From Candidatus Omnitrophota bacterium (GTDB taxonomy: Bacteria; Omnitrophota; Gorgyraeia; 2-01-FULL-45-10): a stretch of 64,000 nt of DNA. Of this stretch, positions 7,837 through 18,055 are shown one piece after another. The first letter of the stretch is position 1. Each line of letters starts with the position of its first letter. A model generated the notes under the pieces. It was not told the DNA's origin. It did not search any database and saw only the letters and a list, made by a program, of their open reading frames with translations. The DNA lies in contig JBAZNZ010000003.1 in the NCBI GenBank assembly GCA_041648975.1, positions 9,664 through 73,663 of the forward strand. The letters run 5' to 3'. Both the position numbers and the translations under genes were made by a program.

Positions 7837-9591
7837 ATGTCCTGGAAAAGAGCCCTGCCTATTTTCCTCATTGGCTATATCGCGGCTAATTTAGTTTATG
7901 CTTCGCAAAAGACGGTTCTTGTAGATCCCGATGGCGCGTCGCGCGGAATGTTTGCGGTAATGGCCAAAGAGATCACACAGGATATCGCCTCGTCGAGATC
8001 TTTCTCCGCAGCCCGGATACTGCGGATAGTCAAAAAATATAATGCGCATTACCAGGTAGGCCCCGAACCGCTTTTTGTATGGACGCCGCTCCAATTATCC
8101 TACCTGTACCCATTAAGCTTTATTCCTCTTGATCACGAATTTGTCTTTGCCCTCACGAATCTTGCTTTTCTCATACTCCTGGCTGTATTCATATATAAAT
8201 TGGCTTATCTGACATTCGAGAATGAGGGATACGCGTTAATATCAAGCATATTATTTTTACTGCATCCCATTGTTTTCGATACCGCCATATCCTTGAGGCG
8301 GGGAATGGGGGAGACGGCTTTTCTTACAGCCGCAAGCTACTGTTTTGTCGTGTTTTTGAAGACCCGCAGCATAAGAGCGTTCCTCGATTCACTTATCATA
8401 GCGCTTATCGGCTTCTTTTACAGAGAAACAATGCTTCTTCCCGTCGTTGCCATTTGTGCGCTCGGAGTTTTCGTTATATCCCGCAATATACCATGGCCCG
8501 AGTATGCTAAAGGCTTTCTACGCTACCGCGGCAGGTTATCGGTGATCGCGGTATTATGCCTTATTCTTTTTTTATACCTGTCCTCTGAGATATATATGAC
8601 TAAAAAAGGCGTAGGAACCCTTTTAACGAAGGGAAAAGAATATAACAGCCAGCGCGTGAAGAATGTGGCCGTTAAAGGTCTCGTTACCATGGACGATTAT
8701 TTTAAAGTGGAGTCTGTATACGCGCCGCTTAGATTTGACAGGAACCTGTTTGAAAAGATGGAGCAGACGCAACCGGAGTTTTACTCAAAGATTCGGCTCA
8801 TAGAATCACGGTTTGGCATCCCGCACTATAAAAAATCATTTTTTATCGCAAGCACCATCTTTTATCAATGGTATCTTCTGCCTTTTTTCATTATAGGGAT
8901 CATCGCGGCCCGCAAAGCCGCTAAGATACGATATGCGTCCGGCTTTATCCTGTTCTCCGCGCTCCTTTACTTCGCGGCGCTCTCGCTGACAGGCACTATA
9001 CCCGATTTCAGCCTTCCTATGATACCCGCTGTCATGATATTTTGTACTTTAGGGATATTCGAAGTCGCCGGTAACCTGAATAAGTATTTAAAGGCCGCTT
9101 TATTTTGCGGGCTTTTTTTCATAATTACAATAAGCGGTTTATATGCGTTGCAAAATATCCAACTTCACCAAAGGATGCATGTAAGGTCTTCGCTGGTCAT
9201 AAGCGACATATTAAAAGATAACAGCGGAGGCGCTCCTTTTACATTAATGGTGGACAGCTATGTCGCTCCGGAATACGGCCTTCGCGCTGTTCAAATGGAT
9301 AAAGCAGGCGTGATGTATCTATTACCGGTTTCCGCTTTCACATTGAAGAAAGATAGATTGGCGGATTGCATGAAAAGGAAAGGGCTTAATCGGAGGTCGG
9401 GCTTTCTGGGCGATATATCCTGCCCTGGAATAGAATATATCGCGGCATTTTCCGAAAAACAATATGACTATTACAATTCGATAATATCGCCGGCAAAGAT
9501 GCCTTTCAATATAGATATGGTAATAAGCGAGCCTAGCGCCGCCACGAAAACATATATATATAAGAGGAATGATGATTACGACATTATTTAA
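7837..9591 (+). CDS. Polytopic membrane protein, putative GT-C fold glycosyltransferase (ArnT/PMT-like) with C-terminal soluble domain
   Basis: 584 aa with more than 10 predicted transmembrane segments, then an about 130 aa hydrophilic C-terminus. Sits immediately downstream of a Dpm1-like GT2, as in the ArnC/ArnT and GtrB/GtrC pairs. Confidence 0.5.
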   Translation: MSWKRALPIFLIGYIAANLVYASQKTVLVDPDGASRGMFAVMAKEITQDIASSRSFSAARILRIVKKYNAHYQVGPEPLFVWTPLQLSYLYPLSFIPLDHEFVFALTNLAFLILLAVFIYKLAYLTFENEGYALISSILFLLHPIVFDTAISLRRGMGETAFLTAASYCFVVFLKTRSIRAFLDSLIIALIGFFYRETMLLPVVAICALGVFVISRNIPWPEYAKGFLRYRGRLSVIAVLCLILFLYLSSEIYMTKKGVGTLLTKGKEYNSQRVKNVAVKGLVTMDDYFKVESVYAPLRFDRNLFEKMEQTQPEFYSKIRLIESRFGIPHYKKSFFIASTIFYQWYLLPFFIIGIIAARKAAKIRYASGFILFSALLYFAALSLTGTIPDFSLPMIPAVMIFCTLGIFEVAGNLNKYLKAALFCGLFFIITISGLYALQNIQLHQRMHVRSSLVISDILKDNSGGAPFTLMVDSYVAPEYGLRAVQMDKAGVMYLLPVSAFTLKKDRLADCMKRKGLNRRSGFLGDISCPGIEYIAAFSEKQYDYYNSIISPAKMPFNIDMVISEPSAATKTYIYKRNDDYDII

Positions 9592-9705
9592 ATCGTTTAA
9601 TATAAAATAAACACTCCCGCTTTATAATGCATCGCAATATCCCTATCTAATTGATAACAAACAAGTTATATAAATAGCTAATGGTCAGTACATTCTATTT
9701 TGATA

Positions 9706-9734
9706 TTGACATATTACTGATAAAATGCTATTAT
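9706..9734 (+). promoter_or_regulatory. Sigma70-like promoter TTGACA-N17-TATTAT
   Basis: TTGACA 9706-9711, exact 17-nt spacer, TATTAT 9729-9734. AT-rich 190-bp gap. GGAGAT Shine-Dalgarno at 9771-9776 then GTG 9782. Confidence 0.5.
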
Positions 9735-9781
9735 TCCCATTGTAATCTGACACTAATATCGCAAAAAAAAGGAGATCGAGC

Positions 9782-10888
9782 GTGAAGACACCGTTATTGG
9801 ACTTAAGGGCTCAATACAAACAGATAAAGTCAGACGTAGACAAAGCCATCCGTAAGGTTATCGACAACCAGAATTTTGTATTGGGCGAGGATGTAAAGAA
9901 GCTTGAAGTCGAAATTGCGTCATATTGCAACGTAAGATACGCTGTCGGGGTGGCTTCAGGCACGGACGCCCTGATATTATCGCTTAAGGCCCTCGGGATA
10001 AGGGAAGGAGATGAAGTCATCACGTCTCCTTTTACTTTTTTTGCGACTGCGGAGGCGGTCTCGATCGTCGGCGCGAAGCCGGTATTCGTTGATATCGATC
10101 CAAAGACTTTTAATATAGACCCGTCCCTCATCGAAAAGAAGATCAACAGAAATACAAAAGCGATAATACCGGTCCATTTATACGGCCAGTGCGCGGATAT
10201 GGACCCAATAGTAACAGTGGCTAAGAAAAATGGGCTTAAGATAATAGAGGACTGCGCCCAGGCCGTAGGGGCCAAGTATAACGGCATAAAGGCCGGCTCG
10301 ATGGGAGACGCGGGAGCTTTAAGCTTTTTCCCGAGCAAGAATCTCGGGGCCTTCGGTGACGGAGGAATGGTGATCACTAACGATGAAAAGATCGCCGAAA
10401 AGATAAAGATGCTGCGCGTCCATGGCAGCGCAGCCAGATACATCCATTCCGAAATAGGAATGAATTCCAGGCTGGATAATCTTCAGGCTGCAGTCCTAAG
10501 AGTAAAACTTAAACGTCTCGATAAATGGCTCGATATGCGGCGGCAGAAAGCTCGTTACTACAACGAACGCCTTAAGGGTTTACCTCTGACTACGCCCCAT
10601 GTTCCCTCGTATAATATACATACCTACCATCTATATGTCCTGAGGGTCAAGTCCGACCTTCAAAGACTTATGACCTTTCTGACGGATTCAGGCATTGAGA
10701 CCAGGACCTACTATCCAGTACCTCTTCATCTGCAGGAATGCTATAAGCACCTCGGGTATAAGGAAGGCGATCTTGTCCATGCCGAGTCGGCCGCGCGGCA
10801 GACATTCTCTATTGCCGTCTATCCTGAGATGAAGAGACAGGCAGCGGATCATGTGATAAATAAGATCAAGGCGTTTTTTGGAAAGTAG
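9782..10888 (+). CDS. DegT/DnrJ/EryC1/StrS-family PLP-dependent sugar aminotransferase (GTG start)
   Basis: Family-typical N-terminus VKTPLLDLRAQYKQIKSDVDKAI, plus TSPFTFFATAEAV and IIEDCAQAVGAKY. Confidence 0.85.
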   Translation: MKTPLLDLRAQYKQIKSDVDKAIRKVIDNQNFVLGEDVKKLEVEIASYCNVRYAVGVASGTDALILSLKALGIREGDEVITSPFTFFATAEAVSIVGAKPVFVDIDPKTFNIDPSLIEKKINRNTKAIIPVHLYGQCADMDPIVTVAKKNGLKIIEDCAQAVGAKYNGIKAGSMGDAGALSFFPSKNLGAFGDGGMVITNDEKIAEKIKMLRVHGSAARYIHSEIGMNSRLDNLQAAVLRVKLKRLDKWLDMRRQKARYYNERLKGLPLTTPHVPSYNIHTYHLYVLRVKSDLQRLMTFLTDSGIETRTYYPVPLHLQECYKHLGYKEGDLVHAESAARQTFSIAVYPEMKRQAADHVINKIKAFFGK

Positions 10889-10893
10889 CCGAT

Positions 10894-12765
10894 ATGTGCG
10901 GAATAGTTGGAGCCTTCAATCTAAATAACCGGCCTGTTGACCATGCCAGCATTGAAAAGATGGGCAGGGTCCTTTCTCACAGGGGGCCCGACGACGAAGG
11001 CTCGTTTTTTGACGGCAATATAGGCCTGGCACACCGTAGGCTTTCTATCATCGACCTATCCAGCGATGGCCATCAGCCTATGCATAATGAAGATAACACC
11101 TTGTGCATAGTACATAACGGCGAGATCTACAACTATCTGGAGCTCATGGCCGAGCTCAAATCCCTCGGGCATCTATTCAGGTCCCATTCGGATACGGAAG
11201 TCATAATCCACGCATATGAAGAATGGGGAGCCGGTTGTCCGGGCAAATTCAACGGGATGTGGTCGTTTGCCATATGGGACAGGGGCTGTAAGACTCTTTT
11301 CTGCAGCCGCGATAGGTTCGGGGTAAAGCCGTTCTATTATTTTATGGATAAGGACAAATTCGTCTTTGCTTCGGAGATCAAGGCCGTCCTGGAGTATGAC
11401 GGTGTCCCTAAAGCCCCCGACAATGACGCCATATACCGGTATCTCGCCAAAGGCTACGGATATATGGATACCGACGAAAATACCTTCTTCTCACGCATTA
11501 AACAGCTTAAGAGCGGTCATTGCCTGTCGGTATCAGCGGACAATTTTGAATGCAGGAGATACTGGAATATAGATTTTGAAAATAAAGACCACGCCATAGA
11601 TTTTGGACGCGCTAAAGAAAAATTTTCATTTCTGCTGGATGATTCGGTGAAATTAAGGCTGAGAAGCGATGTCCCTGTTGGCATATCCCTGAGCGGCGGG
11701 ATAGATTCGTCGTCGCTTGCTGTAGTAATGTCCGGGATGCTGGATAAGAAGATAGAGAGCTTCTCGGCATGCTTTGATATGGAAGGATTTGACGAGCGCT
11801 CCTATATCAACGAAACGCTAAAGGATAAGAAGATAGTTCCAAACTTTGTCTTTCCTGAAGCGAAATCGCTTATGAGTGAATTCGAGAAGATGGTATGGCA
11901 TCAGGACGAACCGTACAGCGGGGCCAGCGTTTATTCGCAGTGGCGGGTTATGGAAGAGGCTCATAAAAAAGGGATAAAGGTGCTCTTGACCGGCCAGGGA
12001 GGGGACGAGACCCTGGGAGGTTACTACAAATATTATCCTTATTACCTGGCTGACCTGTTCGCGTCGTTCAGATGGCCGTATTTTTCCATGGAGCTGAAGA
12101 CCCTAAGCTCGGTTGCCGGCTATTCACTATCGAGCGCTTTTTTCTCAACGATGAAAGTGATGGGTTCCAAGTGGTGCCCCGCATGGATCAAGGAAGGTAT
12201 AAACGGGGGTTTTGATCGCCGTCCGTTATTCCTCGACAGGGATTTCCCGGGCGCAGATCCGGTCAATAAGAAAGACCGCAGACGGGCCGGTTTCGGATCC
12301 TTCACAGACACGGAATTGTATAATTCTCTGGTAGTGTCGCCGCTCCCGTCACTCCTGCACATAGACGACAGGAACAGCATGGCCCATTCGGTAGAATCAC
12401 GCACGCCGTTCCTGGATTACAGGCTTGTAGAATTTCTCTTTTCGCTGCCGTACGACATGAAGATATCCAATGGCTATACGAAATACATATTGCGCGAGAC
12501 GTTAAAGGGCCGCTTGCCGGAGAGCATAAGGACTCGGCGCGACAAGATGGGTTTCGTCACGCCTACCGGCGTCTGGTTCAGGCGCGAGCTTAAAGACGAT
12601 ATATTGGAGATATTCAATTCCTCCGATTTCAAAAAGAGAGGAATATTCGATAAGAAAGGCGTGGACGAAGCGCTCTACGCGCATTTTTCCGGAAAGAGGG
12701 ACTTGTCATTTACTATATGGAGTTGGATTAACCTGGAGCTTTGGTTCAGGCGATTTTTTAACTAA
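10894..12765 (+). CDS. Asparagine synthase (glutamine-hydrolysing)-family amidotransferase (AsnB/WbpS/PseA-like)
   Basis: MCGIVGAF Ntn Cys2 start, class-II GATase domain, PP-loop SLSGGIDSS, 623 aa. Confidence 0.85.
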   Translation: MCGIVGAFNLNNRPVDHASIEKMGRVLSHRGPDDEGSFFDGNIGLAHRRLSIIDLSSDGHQPMHNEDNTLCIVHNGEIYNYLELMAELKSLGHLFRSHSDTEVIIHAYEEWGAGCPGKFNGMWSFAIWDRGCKTLFCSRDRFGVKPFYYFMDKDKFVFASEIKAVLEYDGVPKAPDNDAIYRYLAKGYGYMDTDENTFFSRIKQLKSGHCLSVSADNFECRRYWNIDFENKDHAIDFGRAKEKFSFLLDDSVKLRLRSDVPVGISLSGGIDSSSLAVVMSGMLDKKIESFSACFDMEGFDERSYINETLKDKKIVPNFVFPEAKSLMSEFEKMVWHQDEPYSGASVYSQWRVMEEAHKKGIKVLLTGQGGDETLGGYYKYYPYYLADLFASFRWPYFSMELKTLSSVAGYSLSSAFFSTMKVMGSKWCPAWIKEGINGGFDRRPLFLDRDFPGADPVNKKDRRRAGFGSFTDTELYNSLVVSPLPSLLHIDDRNSMAHSVESRTPFLDYRLVEFLFSLPYDMKISNGYTKYILRETLKGRLPESIRTRRDKMGFVTPTGVWFRRELKDDILEIFNSSDFKKRGIFDKKGVDEALYAHFSGKRDLSFTIWSWINLELWFRRFFN

Positions 12766-12774
12766 AGGCAGGAC

Positions 12775-13851
12775 ATGAATAGCATGAAAGACGTTCTAAA
12801 TGTATTCCGCGCAAATTATTCTTTCCGTCAAAAGATGAACTATCTGAAATACCGTTTTTCCGCGAAAGAGGAGACCCTGGGCTACGAACCGATAGTGATT
12901 TCTGTCGTAGCTACGGGACGCTGCACCCTTTCCTGCGACATGTGCCCTACGCACTCGAAGAAAATGCCTAAAGACTACCCGCATATTCAGAGTCCTTCGA
13001 AAGATATTTCATTCGAGGATTTTAAGCGAGCGGTGGACGCGCTCCCCAGGGCTTTACATGTCCATATAATAGGCTCCGGCGAGCCGCTTTTGAACAGGGA
13101 CTTTTTCAGGATAGCCGAATATGCGGCCGTTAAAAAGCGCATGAAGGTAAAGACATTCTCAAACGGCACTACGATAGAGAAGAACATCGATAACATTATC
13201 AACTCGCCGCTTGACGGTATTACCATAAGCCTCAACGGCCATTCTCCAGAGGAATTCAGCCGAATGACGGGATGCCCCAAAGAGACATATTCCAGGATAT
13301 ATGACGCTACGGCCAGGCTAATAAAGGCGCGCGATAGTTCAGGCTCGAAGGTCAAGGTCAAGCTCTCATTCATAATAGACAGGGTAAATTATGTGAATAT
13401 GCCGTTGATGATAGAAACAGGCGAGCGCCTCGGCGCGGATTCGATATTTTTCTGTAACTTTCTTCCGGCCCCTTACAAGGGGTTTACTGCGGACGAGCGC
13501 ATGATATTTACCTATGATTTGAGAGAAATCGATTTTATGAGGGGCGTCTATTCGCGGCTGGATCCGGTCATGAAAAAAAAGATCAGTCTTCCCGACGCGA
13601 TCGATCCTGGCAGGACCAAGAACGGCTGTAATACATATTTTACGCAGATACGCATTGACGGTGAAGGAAGGGCGTCGAGCTGCTCTATAATGCTCTTGAA
13701 TATGAAAGGTAGCGGCCGCGTATGGGATTACGGCGTGTGGAACAACGCGTTCTTCAGAAATATGCGGAAGACCTTCCTCTCGGACAGCGCCGGGCTGCTC
13801 CCCGAGCCATGCCGCGTATGCCCTGAAAATAAAGGCGTTATTTTAAGGTAA
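12775..13851 (+). CDS. Radical SAM protein with C-terminal Cys-rich SPASM/twitch-like domain
   Basis: GRCTLSCDMCPTH (CxxxCxxC). C-terminal cysteines (CNTYF, SSCS, CRVCPE). Confidence 0.75.
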   Translation: MNSMKDVLNVFRANYSFRQKMNYLKYRFSAKEETLGYEPIVISVVATGRCTLSCDMCPTHSKKMPKDYPHIQSPSKDISFEDFKRAVDALPRALHVHIIGSGEPLLNRDFFRIAEYAAVKKRMKVKTFSNGTTIEKNIDNIINSPLDGITISLNGHSPEEFSRMTGCPKETYSRIYDATARLIKARDSSGSKVKVKLSFIIDRVNYVNMPLMIETGERLGADSIFFCNFLPAPYKGFTADERMIFTYDLREIDFMRGVYSRLDPVMKKKISLPDAIDPGRTKNGCNTYFTQIRIDGEGRASSCSIMLLNMKGSGRVWDYGVWNNAFFRNMRKTFLSDSAGLLPEPCRVCPENKGVILR

Positions 13852-13859
13852 AAATATTT

Positions 13860-15398
13860 ATGAGAATACTTTTTATAGATCCATTGGGCGATGAGGAATC
13901 GACCGGCCTGAATATAGGGATAGCGTATTGCGCGGTGAGCCTGATTGAGAGAGGCCATACGGTCAGCATCCTGGATATGGTGAATCTGCGGCAGCATGAC
14001 CCGTTCGAACGCATAGAGGCGGCTGTGAAAAGCCTGGATCCCCATATTGTAGGGATCTCGATAACTAACATGAGTTTTAACAACTCCAGGTCCTGTATAA
14101 AAGATATGAAGCGTTATTTTAAAGGCAAGATATTGCTGGGGGGGCCTGAGATAACGGTGCTGGGCTCCAGGTCGCTGGAGATGATGCCGGAGGCGGATAT
14201 GGCGGTTATCGGCGAGGGAGAGAGAACTCTTCCTGAGCTGTTAAGCGCTCTCGAAGGAGAAAAGGACCTGTCGTCCGTCCAAGGGCTGGTTTGGCGCAGT
14301 CTCGGCAGGATAACGGCCAATCCTCCGCGCCCTTTTATCATGGATCTGGATTCAGTTTCTTTCCCGCAGTATGCCGCCTTCGGCGTAGATGCCATGGACG
14401 TTTATCCTATTATAACAAGCCGCGGCTGCCCCTATGGGTGCATATTCTGTTTTTCGCATCTTGGCAAGAAATGGAGGCCCAGGACCCCGGAGAACATCTT
14501 AAAAGAGATAAAAACGGCTAAAGAAGTTTATCGCGCAAAAATGTTCCATGTAACCGACGCCTCATTTAACGTAGACATAAACCGGGTGGAGAGGTTCTGC
14601 GACCTGCTGATAGAAAATAAGATCGACATGCCCTGGGTTATACAGGGGTTCAGGGCGGACAGGGTAACTGAAAAAATGGTAAAGCGGCTTCATGACGCGC
14701 GCTGCAGGCGCATATGGGTGGGTATAGAGACGCTCGAGCAGGATGTATTCAAAAATATCAATAAAGGGGAAACGATAGACCAGATAAAAAATAGCATTGC
14801 GCTGATGAAGAAGTACGATATGGAGATCTTTGGATACATGTTGATGGGTTTACCGGGAGATACATTCAAGAAAACTTTATGGTCATTTGAAAATGCCCGA
14901 AAGCTCGATCTGGATGTCCTGGCATACTCGTCATGCGTCCCTTTTACCGGGACAGCCATGGAGAAATGGGTGAAGGCGAATGCTGTCAGCCTGGAGGATT
15001 CGTATAACATATCCTCGATAGGAACGCGGTATGACCGTATCGCGTTCGAGACGAACGAATTCTCCGCGAAGGAGAGGGTGCGTGCGCGGATGATCTTAAA
15101 TGTAAAGAGCGGCAGCTATAATGAGCCGGGCCTGCATCCCGTTATTTTCAAGATAAAAAAATGGATATTGATATTGAGATACGATCTTGCCAATATATCG
15201 AAGCGCCTGAAGCAGTCGATCGTATACAGACATCGGTATAAAAAGAGCGTTGATAATATCAATCTTAAGAGGGGGATTTATTTCTCGCGGCTGCCCGACG
15301 GGACGTGGGGAGCGAAAAAAGGCGGATGCGAGCGGAAGGCGCAGGGTAAAAGAATATTTCTGGACCTTAAGCGCCTTGTCGCGCATGAAGTGGACTAG
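13860..15398 (+). CDS. B12-binding radical SAM protein, copy 2
   Basis: MRILFIDPLG B12-domain start, SRGCPYGCIFCFS. Confidence 0.85.
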   Translation: MRILFIDPLGDEESTGLNIGIAYCAVSLIERGHTVSILDMVNLRQHDPFERIEAAVKSLDPHIVGISITNMSFNNSRSCIKDMKRYFKGKILLGGPEITVLGSRSLEMMPEADMAVIGEGERTLPELLSALEGEKDLSSVQGLVWRSLGRITANPPRPFIMDLDSVSFPQYAAFGVDAMDVYPIITSRGCPYGCIFCFSHLGKKWRPRTPENILKEIKTAKEVYRAKMFHVTDASFNVDINRVERFCDLLIENKIDMPWVIQGFRADRVTEKMVKRLHDARCRRIWVGIETLEQDVFKNINKGETIDQIKNSIALMKKYDMEIFGYMLMGLPGDTFKKTLWSFENARKLDLDVLAYSSCVPFTGTAMEKWVKANAVSLEDSYNISSIGTRYDRIAFETNEFSAKERVRARMILNVKSGSYNEPGLHPVIFKIKKWILILRYDLANISKRLKQSIVYRHRYKKSVDNINLKRGIYFSRLPDGTWGAKKGGCERKAQGKRIFLDLKRLVAHEVD

Positions 15399-15401
15399 AG
15401 C

Positions 15402-16742
15402 ATGGGATCACGAAAACGGAAAGCGCTTCTCATATCTTACGCATGGCCGCCGATGGAAGGCATCGGCCTTTTGCGGGTGTTGAAGTTCGCTCAATACCTG
15501 CCGCTGTACGGATGGGAGGCGTCCATATTAACCGTAAAAACAGCGGCGGACAGCTCATCGTGCGACGAGGGCTTTGTTCAAGCCGGCACAAAAGTTTTCA
15601 GGTCTGAATACAGGGATCGCGCGGAAGATATCAGGCGGATTTTCAGGATTACTAAGAAGAGCGGCCTCGCGCATAGCGGCAGTTCTAATCGGGATCCGGA
15701 AAAAAAGAGGAGAAAAAATACTGTTCCGTCTTTTATGCGGGAACTCATAACGATGCCGGACGGCCAGATAGGGTGGTATCCTTTTGCCGTTCAATTGGGG
15801 ATGGAAGTCCTGCAGAAGAATAGGTTTGATATCGTTTTCAGCACATCGCCTCCCGAGACCGCCCATCTGATTGCCCGAAAGATGAAAAAAGAATATGGTA
15901 TCCCGTGGGTCGCCGATCTAAGGGACCTTTGGGCAGACGACCATTTTAGGCCCAGAACTATATTTAAAAAGGTAATGTTAAAATTCATAGAAAGGAATAC
16001 GTTGAGAGACGCCGATGCCGTGGTAACGGTATCGGAGCCATGGGCCCGGACGCTGCGGACTTCGTTGGGCAAAAGCTGCCCCGATGTTAAGGTGATAACA
16101 AACGCTTTTGACGACAATGATTTCGCTTCCATGCGGTACGGCAGAAATAAGAAATTCACCATAAGCTATACCGGGAAATTGCACAGGGAGTATCAGAGGG
16201 TAGATCCTTTTTTCAAAGCGCTCAGGGATCTTATAGCGGAAGGCCGCATAGACAGGAACAAAATATTTGTAGATTTTTTTATAATGGGTTATGACAAGCC
16301 GGATATAACGGCTATCGCAAAGATGTACGGGCTCAGCGACGTGGTAAGAGAGTCCGCAAAAGTCAGCTATTCCGAGTCCCTTAAGATACAGAAGGCGTCC
16401 GATGCCCTGCTTTTAATACAATGGATCGGTAAGGGCGGCGAAGGGTGCCATACCGCGAAGCTGTATGATTACCTGGGAGCGAGGAGGCCTGTGATTGCCT
16501 TGACGACCAGGGGAGGCGTTATGAAAGATCTGGTGCGGGCCACATCATGCGGTGCCGCAGTTTACGGCGATCACGATCTGCGGGAGAGCATATTGGGATT
16601 ATATACAGAGTATGTAGCTAAGGGGTATGTTGATTATACCGGGAACGAGTTGGAGATACAAAAACATACCAGGGCGATCAAGGCCGGAGAATTGGCCGGC
16701 CTTTTCGATTCACTTGTCGCCGATACGGGTAAATTAGAATGA
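15402..16742 (+). CDS. Glycosyltransferase, GT4-like (GT-B fold)
   Basis: N-terminal LLISYAWPPMEGIG..., C-terminal GKGGEG...RPVIALTTRGGV sugar-nucleotide-binding region. Confidence 0.7.
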   Translation: MGSRKRKALLISYAWPPMEGIGLLRVLKFAQYLPLYGWEASILTVKTAADSSSCDEGFVQAGTKVFRSEYRDRAEDIRRIFRITKKSGLAHSGSSNRDPEKKRRKNTVPSFMRELITMPDGQIGWYPFAVQLGMEVLQKNRFDIVFSTSPPETAHLIARKMKKEYGIPWVADLRDLWADDHFRPRTIFKKVMLKFIERNTLRDADAVVTVSEPWARTLRTSLGKSCPDVKVITNAFDDNDFASMRYGRNKKFTISYTGKLHREYQRVDPFFKALRDLIAEGRIDRNKIFVDFFIMGYDKPDITAIAKMYGLSDVVRESAKVSYSESLKIQKASDALLLIQWIGKGGEGCHTAKLYDYLGARRPVIALTTRGGVMKDLVRATSCGAAVYGDHDLRESILGLYTEYVAKGYVDYTGNELEIQKHTRAIKAGELAGLFDSLVADTGKLE

Positions 16743-18043
16743 AAAAAATATTTTTTCCTATAGATGCGGTTATTTTCCTGGTGTTATACTGCGCTCTCGC
16801 GCTCTGGCTCGCCGTGGTAACGGTATACTCCGCTTTCAATCCGCGCAAGAAGAAGATAGGCAAAAAAATGCTGGAATTGGCGCATTACAATATTAACGAT
16901 ATAGAGCGTGAGGGGCTGTCACATCCGGTCTTTGAATATGACCTCGGGGGCTATTTTGAAAATATAGTCACGGTCATTTTTTCAACTACGGATACAAAGG
17001 AGTCGGATAAAATATACAAGCCTTTCCATCGGATAATCAGCGTCCCTCAGCAGCCGGAAGGCATATTGAGGCGTCTCGGTTTTAGTAAGACCAACTTTGC
17101 ATTGAGCGTTATACGGCTTTTGTCTAAATGCGTCAAGGCGGCGAAGGAAGAGAAGGCGACATTTTTCAGGGCTCAGGATCCGCATATGCTGGGGCTTGCG
17201 GCTTTCCTTTGCTCCGCTATTGCAGGGATCCCGTATACCATACATGTGCTCCAAAACTACGATATCTCGACAAGACGCGTCCAGCGGATAGTCTTTCCTC
17301 CTTTTATATTTAGGTCCGTTGAGAACGGCATCGAGCGGATGATATTGAAAAATGCCTTATTTGTGACCGCCGGATGCGCCAATTATAAATTCTACGCGCT
17401 GTCTCACGGCGCCATGCCTGAAAGCGTTTTTTCATCCAGGATGCCGGCCGGGAAAGCCCATTTGAAGGAACCCGCTCTCCGCAAGGACCTGAAAGGCGAG
17501 CTGGGCCTTTCAGGCAAGCGCGTTATACTCTATGTGGGAAGGTTGGAAAAGGTAAAGTTCGTGGAAGACCTCATCCTGTGTTTTAAGGAAGTAGCGGTTT
17601 TAGCGGATGACGCAAGGCTTGTGATCGCCGGGATGGGCAGCCTGGGAGAGGACCTGAAAGCCATGGCAAGACGATCCGGCTTGGAGAATAAGACCCTGTT
17701 TCTCGGGAAAGTTTCCCGGGACCGTCTGGTGGACCTTTATTACACAGCCGATGTCATACTATTTACGCATGCCGGCGTTACTATCGTGGAGGCCCTGCTC
17801 GCTGAAAAACCTGTGGTAGCTTATGACCATGACTGGGCGGGGGAAGTAACAGGATATAACGAGAGAGGGCTGTTGGCGCAATTCAGGGATTTCCGCGCCC
17901 TGGCGCGCTGTGTTACGGAAATATTGAATGATAAAGAGCGCGCTGCGTCTCTTGGTTCAGCTGGAAGGAAATTCGCGCTTTCCTACTTTACCAGAGATGT
18001 GATATCCGGCATAGAACGTGCCGCTTTTGAGCGGTTCGAATAA
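16739..18043 (+). CDS. Glycosyltransferase family 4 with N-terminal transmembrane anchor
   Basis: ATGA overlap. N-terminal hydrophobic helix. C-terminal glycos_transf_1 region VILYVGRLEKVK...TIVEALLAEKPVVA. Confidence 0.75.
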   Translation: MKKIFFPIDAVIFLVLYCALALWLAVVTVYSAFNPRKKKIGKKMLELAHYNINDIEREGLSHPVFEYDLGGYFENIVTVIFSTTDTKESDKIYKPFHRIISVPQQPEGILRRLGFSKTNFALSVIRLLSKCVKAAKEEKATFFRAQDPHMLGLAAFLCSAIAGIPYTIHVLQNYDISTRRVQRIVFPPFIFRSVENGIERMILKNALFVTAGCANYKFYALSHGAMPESVFSSRMPAGKAHLKEPALRKDLKGELGLSGKRVILYVGRLEKVKFVEDLILCFKEVAVLADDARLVIAGMGSLGEDLKAMARRSGLENKTLFLGKVSRDRLVDLYYTADVILFTHAGVTIVEALLAEKPVVAYDHDWAGEVTGYNERGLLAQFRDFRALARCVTEILNDKERAASLGSAGRKFALSYFTRDVISGIERAAFERFE

Positions 18044-18055
18044 GGCGGTCTTATT

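Noticed and set aside
13570-13583. Poly-A tracts inside coding regions (A8 at about 13573 and about 24191, A7 at about 15708 and about 62480) as phase-variation switches
   Set aside because: Runs of 7-8 A are expected by chance in a genome with this A-rich Lys-codon usage. None lies near a gene start, and there is no supporting evidence of length variation.
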